DNA of 64,000 nucleotides from Chromatiales bacterium (GTDB lineage Bacteria; Pseudomonadota; Gammaproteobacteria; JAHELT01), in contig JAHELT010000006.1 in NCBI GenBank assembly GCA_024644045.1, positions 2,224-66,223 on the forward strand, in the 5' to 3' direction. Shown here piece after piece: positions 47,975 to 55,996 of this stretch (positions within the stretch are counted from its first letter, which is position 1; the number at the start of each line of letters is the position of its first letter). Below the pieces are notes generated by a model. That model made no database searches. It saw nothing but the letters and a program-made list of their open reading frames with translations, and was not told the origin of the DNA. The translations under genes were made by a program, and so were the position numbers.

Positions 47975-49938
47975 CCGCGGGATTATCGCGCGCGCAGCTG
48001 GGCGTCACCGATGCCATGCTGCACGCTTACGCCGATGTGGTCTTCAAGCTCAGCAACAATCTGCAGACACGGCGCGGCGATCCGATCCGACGCCTCGAGC
48101 TCGACGCGGTAGACGCACAGCGCGAAGCGCTCGGCATGTCCGATGCGCAGATCGCGGGCAGGATCGGCCTCACACCGGCGCAGGTCACCTGGATCCGGAA
48201 CTTCGCAGAGAACCGGCGCATGCGCGTCAACAATTTCCAGCGCCTGCTCGAGCTGGGCGGCGGGCGCCGCCACCGCGAAGAGCGTTTCGTGCCACACGAG
48301 GACCGCTTCGCCTACTCGGAAGCGGCGCTGGCACTGCGTGAGTCGCTGCACTTCGACGACGAGTTGACAGCACGTTACGTGCAGGCGGGCTGGTGGTCCA
48401 ACCAGACGCTCAGCGCCTGGCTGGAACAGCATGCCACGGCGACGCCGGACAAAGCGGCGCTGCTGAGCGCCGAGGAAACGGTCAGCTACGCGCAGTTGCA
48501 GGCGCGCGTCGAGCACCTCGCCAGTGCGTTGTACCGGATCGGCATCGCACCTGGCGAAGTGGTGACGGTGCAGCTGCCCAACGTCCCCGCTTACGTGGTG
48601 GTGTACCTGGCCATTGCCCGCCTCGGCGCCGTCATGTCCACGTTGTACATGCCGCACCGTGCTGCTGAGCTGGAGACGCTGCTGGCGCACTCGCGCAGCC
48701 GCGCGTTCGTGTGCCTCGACGCGACGGGCGATTTCAAACCACCCGAAACGGCCCTGGCGTTGCAGGCGAACGACGCGCTGCCGGACCTGCAGCAGATCAT
48801 CGTCGCCGGGCGGGCGCCTGCGGGCACCCACGCGCTGAATGAGCTGCTCAGCGGTAACGCAGGACCACTGCCGCCGCTGCCGGTGGCGGCCGATCCGCTG
48901 CTGCTGCTCTACACGTCGGGCACCACGGCAGCCCCGAAAGGGGTGCCGCACAACTCGCACACTGTGCTGTCCAATGCCGCCGCCGGCGTGGAGGCACACG
49001 CGCTGAGCGGCGAGGACGTGATCCTGTCGGCGCCGCCGTTCGGCCATCTGTACGGTCTGTACAGCCTGCACCTGGCACTGTGCACCGGCGCCACGACCCT
49101 GCTGCTGCCCGCGTTCACGCCGCCGGCGCTCGCAGCGCTGATCGCCGGCTCGCGGCCCAGCGTGCTGTTCGCGGCGCCGGCGCAGCTCATCGCTTGCTTG
49201 CACAGCGGCGCGTTCGACGCACACGCGATCGATTCGCTGCGCATGATCGTCCTGTCCGGCAACGCCGTGCCGGCGCGCCTGATCGAGCAGCTCGGCGCGC
49301 GGCTGCCGCGGGCGACGCTCACCCAGCTTTGGGGCATGACCGAGACCCAGGCCGGCACCTACACGCGTCCCGGTGATCCGCCCGAGCTTGCAGCGCGCAG
49401 CGCGGGCCGCCCTTCGCCCGGCACCGAGGTGCGGGTGGTCGACGAAAACGGCGCGGCCCGCGCCAGTGGTGAAGAGGGCGAGCTGCAGCTGCGCGGCGCG
49501 TTGCTGTTTCCCGGCTACCTGCGCAACGAGGCCGCCGACCAGAGCGCATTCACCGACGATGGCTGGTTCAGAACGGGCGACATCGCCAGCCTGGACCAGC
49601 GCGACAACGTGATCATCAGCGGGCGGCTGAAAGACCTGATCAACCGCGGCGGCGTGAAGTACAACCCGCGCGACGTCGAAACGCTGCTGGATGCTCACCC
49701 CGCTATCCAGCAATCGGCGATCGTGCCGTTTGCCGATCCGGTGCTCGGCGAGCGGGCCTGCTGTTTTGCTGTGCTCAATCCGGGCCACGAAATCACCCTG
49801 GATGACCTGTGCGCCTATTTACTGGAGTGCGGCATCGGCAAGATCAAACTCCCCGAACGACTGCAGATTGTCGCCGAAATGCCCCTCACACCCACGCGCA
49901 AGGTCATCAAAGGCAGGCTGCGCGTCGTTGATGACTAG
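47971..49938 (+). CDS. AMP-dependent synthetase/ligase (aryl- or acyl-CoA ligase type) with ~130-aa N-terminal extension
   Basis: Motifs are YTSGTTAAPKGV, GEEGELQLRG, TGDIAS and INRGGVKYNP. GTG 47971 overlaps the upstream stop (GTGA). Alternative internal ATG starts exist (MSDAQIAG, MRVNNFQ). Confidence 0.85.
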   Translation: MTAGLSRAQLGVTDAMLHAYADVVFKLSNNLQTRRGDPIRRLELDAVDAQREALGMSDAQIAGRIGLTPAQVTWIRNFAENRRMRVNNFQRLLELGGGRRHREERFVPHEDRFAYSEAALALRESLHFDDELTARYVQAGWWSNQTLSAWLEQHATATPDKAALLSAEETVSYAQLQARVEHLASALYRIGIAPGEVVTVQLPNVPAYVVVYLAIARLGAVMSTLYMPHRAAELETLLAHSRSRAFVCLDATGDFKPPETALALQANDALPDLQQIIVAGRAPAGTHALNELLSGNAGPLPPLPVAADPLLLLYTSGTTAAPKGVPHNSHTVLSNAAAGVEAHALSGEDVILSAPPFGHLYGLYSLHLALCTGATTLLLPAFTPPALAALIAGSRPSVLFAAPAQLIACLHSGAFDAHAIDSLRMIVLSGNAVPARLIEQLGARLPRATLTQLWGMTETQAGTYTRPGDPPELAARSAGRPSPGTEVRVVDENGAARASGEEGELQLRGALLFPGYLRNEAADQSAFTDDGWFRTGDIASLDQRDNVIISGRLKDLINRGGVKYNPRDVETLLDAHPAIQQSAIVPFADPVLGERACCFAVLNPGHEITLDDLCAYLLECGIGKIKLPERLQIVAEMPLTPTRKVIKGRLRVVDD

Positions 49939-49950
49939 TGTCCTGTCCCG

Positions 49951-50760
49951 GTGACGGAGGATCACGCTGCCACGCCCGCGCCCGCGCGCCCCTCGGCGAC
50001 CGTCGTGCTCGCGCGCTCAGCGCAGCCCGAACCGCAGTTGTTCATGGTCCAGCGCCACGGCAGCACGGCCTTTGGCGAGAGTTACGCATTCCCCGGTGGC
50101 GTGCTCGACGAGGACGATCGCGCCGCGCACCACTTCTGTCGCGGCATCGACGCCGCTGGAGCGAACCGCCTGCTCAAGCTCGCGGACAACGGCCTCGACT
50201 ACTTCAGCGCCGCGCTGCGCGAGCTGTTCGAGGAATCGGGCGTGCTTCTCGCACGCGACGCAGACCGCGGGTGGGCCTTTGCGCGACACCCTGCACAGCG
50301 TGCCGAATTACGCAGCCATCTGCTCGACAACACCCTCGCATGGTCGACGCTGCTCGGGGAGCACGGCCTGCATCTGGCCTGCGATACGCTGCACTACATC
50401 GGGCACTGGGAAACCCCGCTGCAGCTCGCAAGACGGTTCTCCACCCGCTTTTTCGTCGCCGCTATGCCGGTTGAACAGAGCGCCGTGCACAACGCGGGGG
50501 AACTCACCGACGGCCGCTGGCTGAGCGCCAGCGAGGCGCTGGCGATGGCCGACAGCGGCGCCATGAAGGTACCTTTCCCTACGCGCAGGAACCTCCGCTA
50601 CATCGCCGCGCACACCTCCCTGAGCGAGCTGCTCGCTTGGGCGCGCACGCGGTCGAGTGAAGGCATCGAGCGCATTCGCCCGGAAACCATCGAGATCGAC
50701 GGGGAAAGGCGCGTCGTGCTGCCGGGCGATCCCGGCTACCCGGACGGGGACGGCGCGTGA
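49951..50760 (+). CDS. NUDIX hydrolase (CoA-pyrophosphatase-like subgroup suggested)
   Basis: The second half of the Nudix box (RELFEESGV) is intact. An upstream FPGG motif resembles that of CoA diphosphatases. Confidence 0.8.
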   Translation: MTEDHAATPAPARPSATVVLARSAQPEPQLFMVQRHGSTAFGESYAFPGGVLDEDDRAAHHFCRGIDAAGANRLLKLADNGLDYFSAALRELFEESGVLLARDADRGWAFARHPAQRAELRSHLLDNTLAWSTLLGEHGLHLACDTLHYIGHWETPLQLARRFSTRFFVAAMPVEQSAVHNAGELTDGRWLSASEALAMADSGAMKVPFPTRRNLRYIAAHTSLSELLAWARTRSSEGIERIRPETIEIDGERRVVLPGDPGYPDGDGA

Positions 50761-51596
50761 ACGCCGCGCTCGTGCCGGGCCAGGCGGTCGAACTCGCGCC
50801 CGGCGTGCGCCGCGTGCTGGCCCCCAATCCGGGGCCGATGACCGGGCCTGGCACCAACACTTACCTGCTGGGTAAGGAGCGTGTCGCGGTCGTCGATCCG
50901 GGGCCCGCAAACGACGCGCACGTCGAGGCGATACTCACTGCGGCACCGGGTGAGATCTCCTGGATCCTGGTCACCCACACGCACATCGATCATTCACCCG
51001 CCGCGATGGCGCTTGCATCGCGCACCGGTGCTCAGCTGCTCGGCCGGCCCGCACCTGCCGGTGCCAGTCAGGATGCGGGTTTCAAGCCCCACCGCGTGCT
51101 GAACGACGACGAAGCGCTGACCCTCGGCGAGTGCCCGCTGCGCGCGATCCACACACCCGGCCACGCCTCCAACCATCTGTGCTACCTGCTGGAGGACCAT
51201 GACTGGCTGCTCACGGGCGATCACATCATGAACGGCTCCACGGTGGTCATCAACCCGCCGGACGGAAACATGCGCGACTACCTCGTGTCACTGGACCGGC
51301 TGAAAACGCTGCGTCTGGCGGCGCTCGCTCCGGGTCACGGCGAACTGATCCACGAGCCGTACGCCGCGGTTGACTGGTTGATCGAGCATCGCCTGCAACG
51401 CGAGGCCAAGGTTGCCGCGGCGTTGCGGGACAACCCCGGCAGCTCGGCCGTTGCGCTGGTGCCTTTCGTGTACCGGGACGTGCCCGAGCATATGCACGGC
51501 GTGGCTGCCCGCTCGCTGCTTGCGCATTTGATCAAGCTGGAGGACGATGGGCGTGCGCGGCGAGCCGGCGAGCGCTGGCACGCGCGCACGGCCTAG
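50757..51596 (+). CDS. MBL-fold metallo-hydrolase
   Basis: It has the HxHxDH motif THTHIDH, followed by TPGHASNH and PGHG. The GTG start overlaps the NUDIX stop (GTGA). Confidence 0.85.
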   Translation: MNAALVPGQAVELAPGVRRVLAPNPGPMTGPGTNTYLLGKERVAVVDPGPANDAHVEAILTAAPGEISWILVTHTHIDHSPAAMALASRTGAQLLGRPAPAGASQDAGFKPHRVLNDDEALTLGECPLRAIHTPGHASNHLCYLLEDHDWLLTGDHIMNGSTVVINPPDGNMRDYLVSLDRLKTLRLAALAPGHGELIHEPYAAVDWLIEHRLQREAKVAAALRDNPGSSAVALVPFVYRDVPEHMHGVAARSLLAHLIKLEDDGRARRAGERWHARTA

Positions 51597-51847
51597 CCCG
51601 CATACTGCATGAAGGATAGCTCCGGGCATCCCTGCGCCCTGCGGGCCAGCCAATGGCTGTTCAAATTGTTCCAGACAATTCAGTCGCCTTCTCAGGAAGA
51701 ATCTGGCTGAGTAGACTGGACGATCGCGTGCAGAGAAATAGTCGGACTATTGCGCAAGCGGGATCGTTCGCCACTATCGACGTCGGATGGCGACGCCAGA
51801 TTTTTCCTGAAAGTGAACAGGGACAAACTGCAGCTTGGCAATAAAGC
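51593..51847. repeat. intergenic repeat element, copy B (first copy at 6802-7041)
   Basis: It has the same ordered identical blocks as copy A. It begins at the TAG stop of the MBL-fold gene. Confidence 0.65.
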
Positions 51848-51997
51848 ACAAGTGCCTGCGTAACGGTTTGATTTGTTTGCGAAACGCAGCGGACTCGTGA
51901 CCGCTTTCGTGCAACTTGCGGGCTACAGCCCGCAGCAGGCGCAACCGCGGGCTCCGTGTCTCGCTGCGAACGGCAGGCCCGGTGGCCGGCAACGGCC

Positions 51998-52891
51998 TCA
52001 GGAAACAGGTGCGGACTCAGCGAACAGCGTGCCGTCCCGGAACGGAACCTCGATCACTTCGCCGCTTCGCGAACCCGCGCGTTCAGCATGCGCGTCGCTG
52101 AACCCGAGTGCGCGGGCCAGCAGGTACACGCGTCCGCCGAGCTCGACCGGATACGGGTTGCACCAGTGCTCGGTCGCACGCATGAAATTGAATGCGCGGC
52201 GCACCGGCCACCCCACATCCAGTGCGAAGTCAGCCGCCTGCGGCAACGGTTGATAGCTGGCGAGAGCCTCCACCTGTTGTGTGTAGCGGGCTTCACCGGC
52301 AAGGAGTCGCGGCAGCGTCAGCAGCAGCAGCGCCGCGCCGGCCAGACCGAGCTGACCGGCAATCTGTTTGTGCGTCGCGCCATCGGGCAGCGGCGTTTCG
52401 GTCTGCGCCAGCACCGGCCCTCCGTCCAGTTGTGCGCTGAGCGCGTGCAGTGTGACGCCGGTGTGCGCCTCGGCGGCGCGGCGTTGCCAGAAGATCGGCG
52501 CCGGGCCCCGGTAGGCGGGCAGCAGCGAAGGGTGCAGGTTCAGACAGGCCGTTACCGGCAGCCCACGCAGCCGGCCGGGCACGCGTCGCGGAAAACACAC
52601 GCTCAGCAGGACGTCGGCGTGGAATGCGCCGAGACGGCGTTCGGTTTCGGGATCGGCTAACGCGTTCACGTAGAGCACTGGAATCGACAACGCCTCGGCG
52701 ATGCGCGCTGTGCCCGCGGGTCGAGGGCGCGCGCGCACCGCGAGCGGTGTGACGCGCGGTGGCGGTGCACCCGCGTAGCCATGCAGAACGACCCCGGCGA
52801 GATCCACGCCCGCCGCGTGCAGCGTTTCCAGTATGCTGGTGCAAAGCACGCTGTTTCCACCGAGCAACAGCACGCGCGGGATTGTCGTCAT
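51998..52891 (-). CDS. methionyl-tRNA formyltransferase-like protein (divergent paralogue type)
   Basis: It has the formyltransferase catalytic motif NLHPSLLPAYRGPAPIFW and a C-terminal Fmt-type domain. The N-terminus (MTTIPRVLLLGGNSVL) deviates from canonical Fmt. The start is ATG 52891. Confidence 0.8.
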   Translation of the reverse strand: MTTIPRVLLLGGNSVLCTSILETLHAAGVDLAGVVLHGYAGAPPPRVTPLAVRARPRPAGTARIAEALSIPVLYVNALADPETERRLGAFHADVLLSVCFPRRVPGRLRGLPVTACLNLHPSLLPAYRGPAPIFWQRRAAEAHTGVTLHALSAQLDGGPVLAQTETPLPDGATHKQIAGQLGLAGAALLLLTLPRLLAGEARYTQQVEALASYQPLPQAADFALDVGWPVRRAFNFMRATEHWCNPYPVELGGRVYLLARALGFSDAHAERAGSRSGEVIEVPFRDGTLFAESAPVS

Positions 52892-52919
52892 TCGCTCAAG
52901 CGCCGGCGGCGAACGTGGG

Positions 52920-53477
52920 TCAGTAGCGGTCTTCGCAGGGTAAAGCACCGTGCGTCAGGCGGCCGCTGCCGGCAAGCTCTTCGAGGAAACCGAAGGTACG
53001 CAGGTCCCTGATGCGCTGCGGATAAAGAATACCGTCCAGATGATCGCACTCATGCTGCACCACGCGCGCATGGAAACCGTGCGCATTACGCTCGAACGGC
53101 GTACCGGCTGCGTCGCGCGCCTGATAGCGAATCCGGCGCAAGCGCGGCACCAGGCCGCGCATGTCGGGGACACTCAGGCAACCTTCCCAGGCCTCTTGGT
53201 ATTCCTCACCGACCGCCTCGACCAGCGGGTTGATCAACACCGTGGGCGGCAACGTCTCGCAATCCGGGAAGTCGGCGCGAGACGCGTAAGCGAACACCAC
53301 CACGCGCAGCGAAACTCCGATCTGCGGCGCCGCGAGCCCGACGCCGCGCTCTACCCGCATGATGGCAAACATTTGCTCGATCAGGGCCGGTAACGCGGGG
53401 TCGTCGAACCGGGTAACCGGCTCCGCCACGCGGTGCAGTTGCGGATCGCCCATGCGCAATACTGCGTACTCGGTCAT
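52920..53477 (-). CDS. def: peptide deformylase
   Basis: All three PDF motifs are present: GVGLAAPQIG, EGCLSVPD and QHECDHLDG. The start was set at MTEYAVLRMGDP (ATG 53477). Confidence 0.9.
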   Translation of the reverse strand: MTEYAVLRMGDPQLHRVAEPVTRFDDPALPALIEQMFAIMRVERGVGLAAPQIGVSLRVVVFAYASRADFPDCETLPPTVLINPLVEAVGEEYQEAWEGCLSVPDMRGLVPRLRRIRYQARDAAGTPFERNAHGFHARVVQHECDHLDGILYPQRIRDLRTFGFLEELAGSGRLTHGALPCEDRY

Positions 53478-53582
53478 CGTGGCGCATGATACGCCAATCC
53501 GCACTGCTGATGGCGGACACAGTGACGGCATCGCAGGCGACCGCTAGAATCGGGGTTTACCATCCGCTGCTGGAGACGGGAA

Positions 53583-54374
53583 GTGATCGTCGAACAGATC
53601 TGGACCGCCAACGCCTACCGCAACTTCAACTACCTCATCACCTGCCCGCAGACCGGCGAAGCGCTGGCGGTTGACCCGCTGGACCACAAGAAATGCCTGG
53701 CGCGCGCGAAACAGCACGGGTGGCAGATCACCCAGATCCTGAACACGCACGAGCACGGCGATCACACCGGCGGCAACCGGGCGATGATCGCCGCCACCGG
53801 TGCCCGGCTGCTGGCACACGTAAACGCCCGGGACAAGATACCGAACGTGGATCGCGGCTTGAGCGCCGGCGACGTGGTCAGCGTCGGAAAGACCGTCGAG
53901 CTGGAGAGCCTGGACACGCCCGGGCACACCATGAGCCACATCTGCCTGCTCTCACATACGGATACGCCGGCACTGTTTTGCGGCGACACGCTGTTCAACG
54001 CCGGCGCCGGCAACTGCCACAACGGCGGCCATCCCGAAGAGCTCTACGACACCTTCGCCGGGCAGCTCGCCCGGCTGCCCGACACGACCCGCATTTATCC
54101 GGGACACGATTACATCGGCAACAATCTGCAGTTCACGCTGGATCGCGAGCCCGACAACCGCCGGGCGGCCGAGCTGCTGCAGGAAGTGAGCGACCAGGAC
54201 CCGGATGCGGCCCTGGTATCCACCCTCGCCCTGGAGAAGGAAATCAACACCTTCTTTCGCCTGCACAGCCCCTCGGTGATCGCCCGCCTGCACGAGGCGT
54301 TTCCGGACCTGCCGGAGCAACCGGATGCGAAGACCGTGTTTCTGAAGCTGCGCGAGCTGCGCAACCGCTGGTAG
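53583..54374 (+). CDS. gloB: hydroxyacylglutathione hydrolase (glyoxalase II)
   Basis: It has the MBL motif THEHGDHTGGN, plus TPGHT and YPGHDY. The length of 263 aa is typical of GloB. The start is GTG. Confidence 0.85.
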   Translation: MIVEQIWTANAYRNFNYLITCPQTGEALAVDPLDHKKCLARAKQHGWQITQILNTHEHGDHTGGNRAMIAATGARLLAHVNARDKIPNVDRGLSAGDVVSVGKTVELESLDTPGHTMSHICLLSHTDTPALFCGDTLFNAGAGNCHNGGHPEELYDTFAGQLARLPDTTRIYPGHDYIGNNLQFTLDREPDNRRAAELLQEVSDQDPDAALVSTLALEKEINTFFRLHSPSVIARLHEAFPDLPEQPDAKTVFLKLRELRNRW

Positions 54375-54394
54375 TCGCGCCGCGGGCCCAATGC

Positions 54395-55366
54395 ATGTCC
54401 AGTCAGCCCGTCGTTTTGATCCAGGGCGCGGCGGACGCCGCGGAGGTGCCGGGCATCGAACGCGTGTCCGCCGATGTCGAGCTGCGGTTCGCCGGCGACG
54501 AGCACGCGTTGCGCGCGGCGATTACGGATACCGAGATCCTGCTGGGCTGGAATTTTCGCGCCGCCGATTTGCGCGAGGTGTGGCCGCAGGCTACCCGCTT
54601 GAAGTGGGTGCAGTGGTCCGGCGCGGGTGTCGACGCCGTGTTGTTTCCGGACCTGGTGAGAAGCGACGTCGTGCTGACGAACATGCGCGGCGTGTTCGAC
54701 CGGGCGATGGCCGAGTACACGCTAGGCTTGATGCTGGCCATGGCCAAGTCGTTTCCGCAAACCCTTCGACTGCAGGCAGGCAAAACCTGGCGCCACCGGT
54801 TGACCGAAAGTGTGCACGGGAAGCGTGCGCTGATCATCGGCGTTGGCAGCATCGGGCGCGAAGTGGCGCGCCTGCTGGCCGCTGCGGGGCTGCGGGTGAG
54901 CGGTGTCGGGCGCAGCCGGCGTACGCAGGATCCGGTTTTCGAGAGGATCTACGCGAGCGGCGAGCTGCTCGACGCCTTACCGGCCGCGGACTACGTGGTG
55001 GTAGTGGTGCCCAGCACCGCGCAGTCCCGAGGAATGCTCGGCGCGCGTGAATTTCAAGCGATGCAGGGCGCCCGACTCATCAATCTGGCGCGCGGCGACA
55101 TCATCGACGAGCGCGCACTCTGTGCTGCCCTTGGCAACGGCACGCTGGCCGGGGCGGCGCTCGACGTGTTTGCGAGCGAGCCGCTGCCGGAATCCAGCCC
55201 ATTGTGGGAAATGCCCAACGTGATCGTATCACCGCACATGTCGGGTGATTACCTCGACCACAAACGCGACATGGCGGACTTGTTCATCGACAACCTGCAG
55301 CGCTATCGCACAGGTCAGCCGTTGCGCAACGTCGTTGACAAAGCGCTGGGGTTTGTCGCTGCCTGA
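54395..55366 (+). CDS. D-isomer-specific 2-hydroxyacid dehydrogenase (NAD-binding)
   Basis: The start was set at MSSQPVVLIQG (ATG 54395). It has GVGSIGREVARLL and the catalytic-His region VSPHMSG. The upstream part of ORF 53693-55366 overlaps gloB out of frame. Confidence 0.85.
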   Translation: MSSQPVVLIQGAADAAEVPGIERVSADVELRFAGDEHALRAAITDTEILLGWNFRAADLREVWPQATRLKWVQWSGAGVDAVLFPDLVRSDVVLTNMRGVFDRAMAEYTLGLMLAMAKSFPQTLRLQAGKTWRHRLTESVHGKRALIIGVGSIGREVARLLAAAGLRVSGVGRSRRTQDPVFERIYASGELLDALPAADYVVVVVPSTAQSRGMLGAREFQAMQGARLINLARGDIIDERALCAALGNGTLAGAALDVFASEPLPESSPLWEMPNVIVSPHMSGDYLDHKRDMADLFIDNLQRYRTGQPLRNVVDKALGFVAA

Positions 55367-55913
55367 GCGCGCCGCCTTCAGTCTGGCGGGCCGTCTGGAA
55401 AAACCGGCAGCGTATCTTCGAAACGGTCAGCGCACGGTGCCGCACAAACAGCTGCCTGTGGCCATGCCTTTGCGCCTCACTCAGTTTTTCTTCGCCGGTT
55501 CACGGCGGTTCGTGATACCCACCCTGGCCGCGCACGGGCGCGGTCAGGTACGGCCGCCTGTTGTGCACCGAACATCAGCCGCAACGAGAGCAGTACTGCC
55601 ATCTGATCGATCACCGAGGCTTCTTGCGAAACAGCGCCCGCCCGCTGGTCACTCGCGCTGGCGTTGCCGCACGGGCCCCGAGCACCGGTGAGGCCCATCT
55701 GTAAAGAAACTCGACATCGTCTGCGACGGACGTTGCGAATACCATAACGGGTATGCCATTTTTCGGGTCAGCGCAGCGTCCTGGCGCCGTGCTGAAGCAC
55801 GCCGTTGCAAAGTGCTGTGCGTCGATCGTCGACGGGCGCCGGGGCTTGGGCAGCGTGCCGCCGGGCCTGTCGCCGACGGCGGCTGGTCTGGCCGAGCCGG
55901 GGGTGGCATATAA

Positions 55914-55929
55914 TGTGATGAATTTCACT
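55914..55929. promoter_or_regulatory. CRP/Clp-like site candidate TGTGA-TGAATT-TCACT
   Basis: It matches 9 of 10 positions of TGTGA-N6-TCACA. It sits in an AT-rich island about 70-140 nt upstream of the possible HD-GYP gene starts. Confidence 0.35.
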
Positions 55930-55996
55930 TTAATTGCACGGAAACATGCGAAATCGCCGAAATTCTGCCATGGTCTGGTGCGTATCTTGCGAATAA

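Noticed and set aside
47983-49788. 601-aa minus-strand ORF opposite the CoA ligase
   Set aside because: It is an antisense shadow ORF, Arg-rich, with no family pattern.
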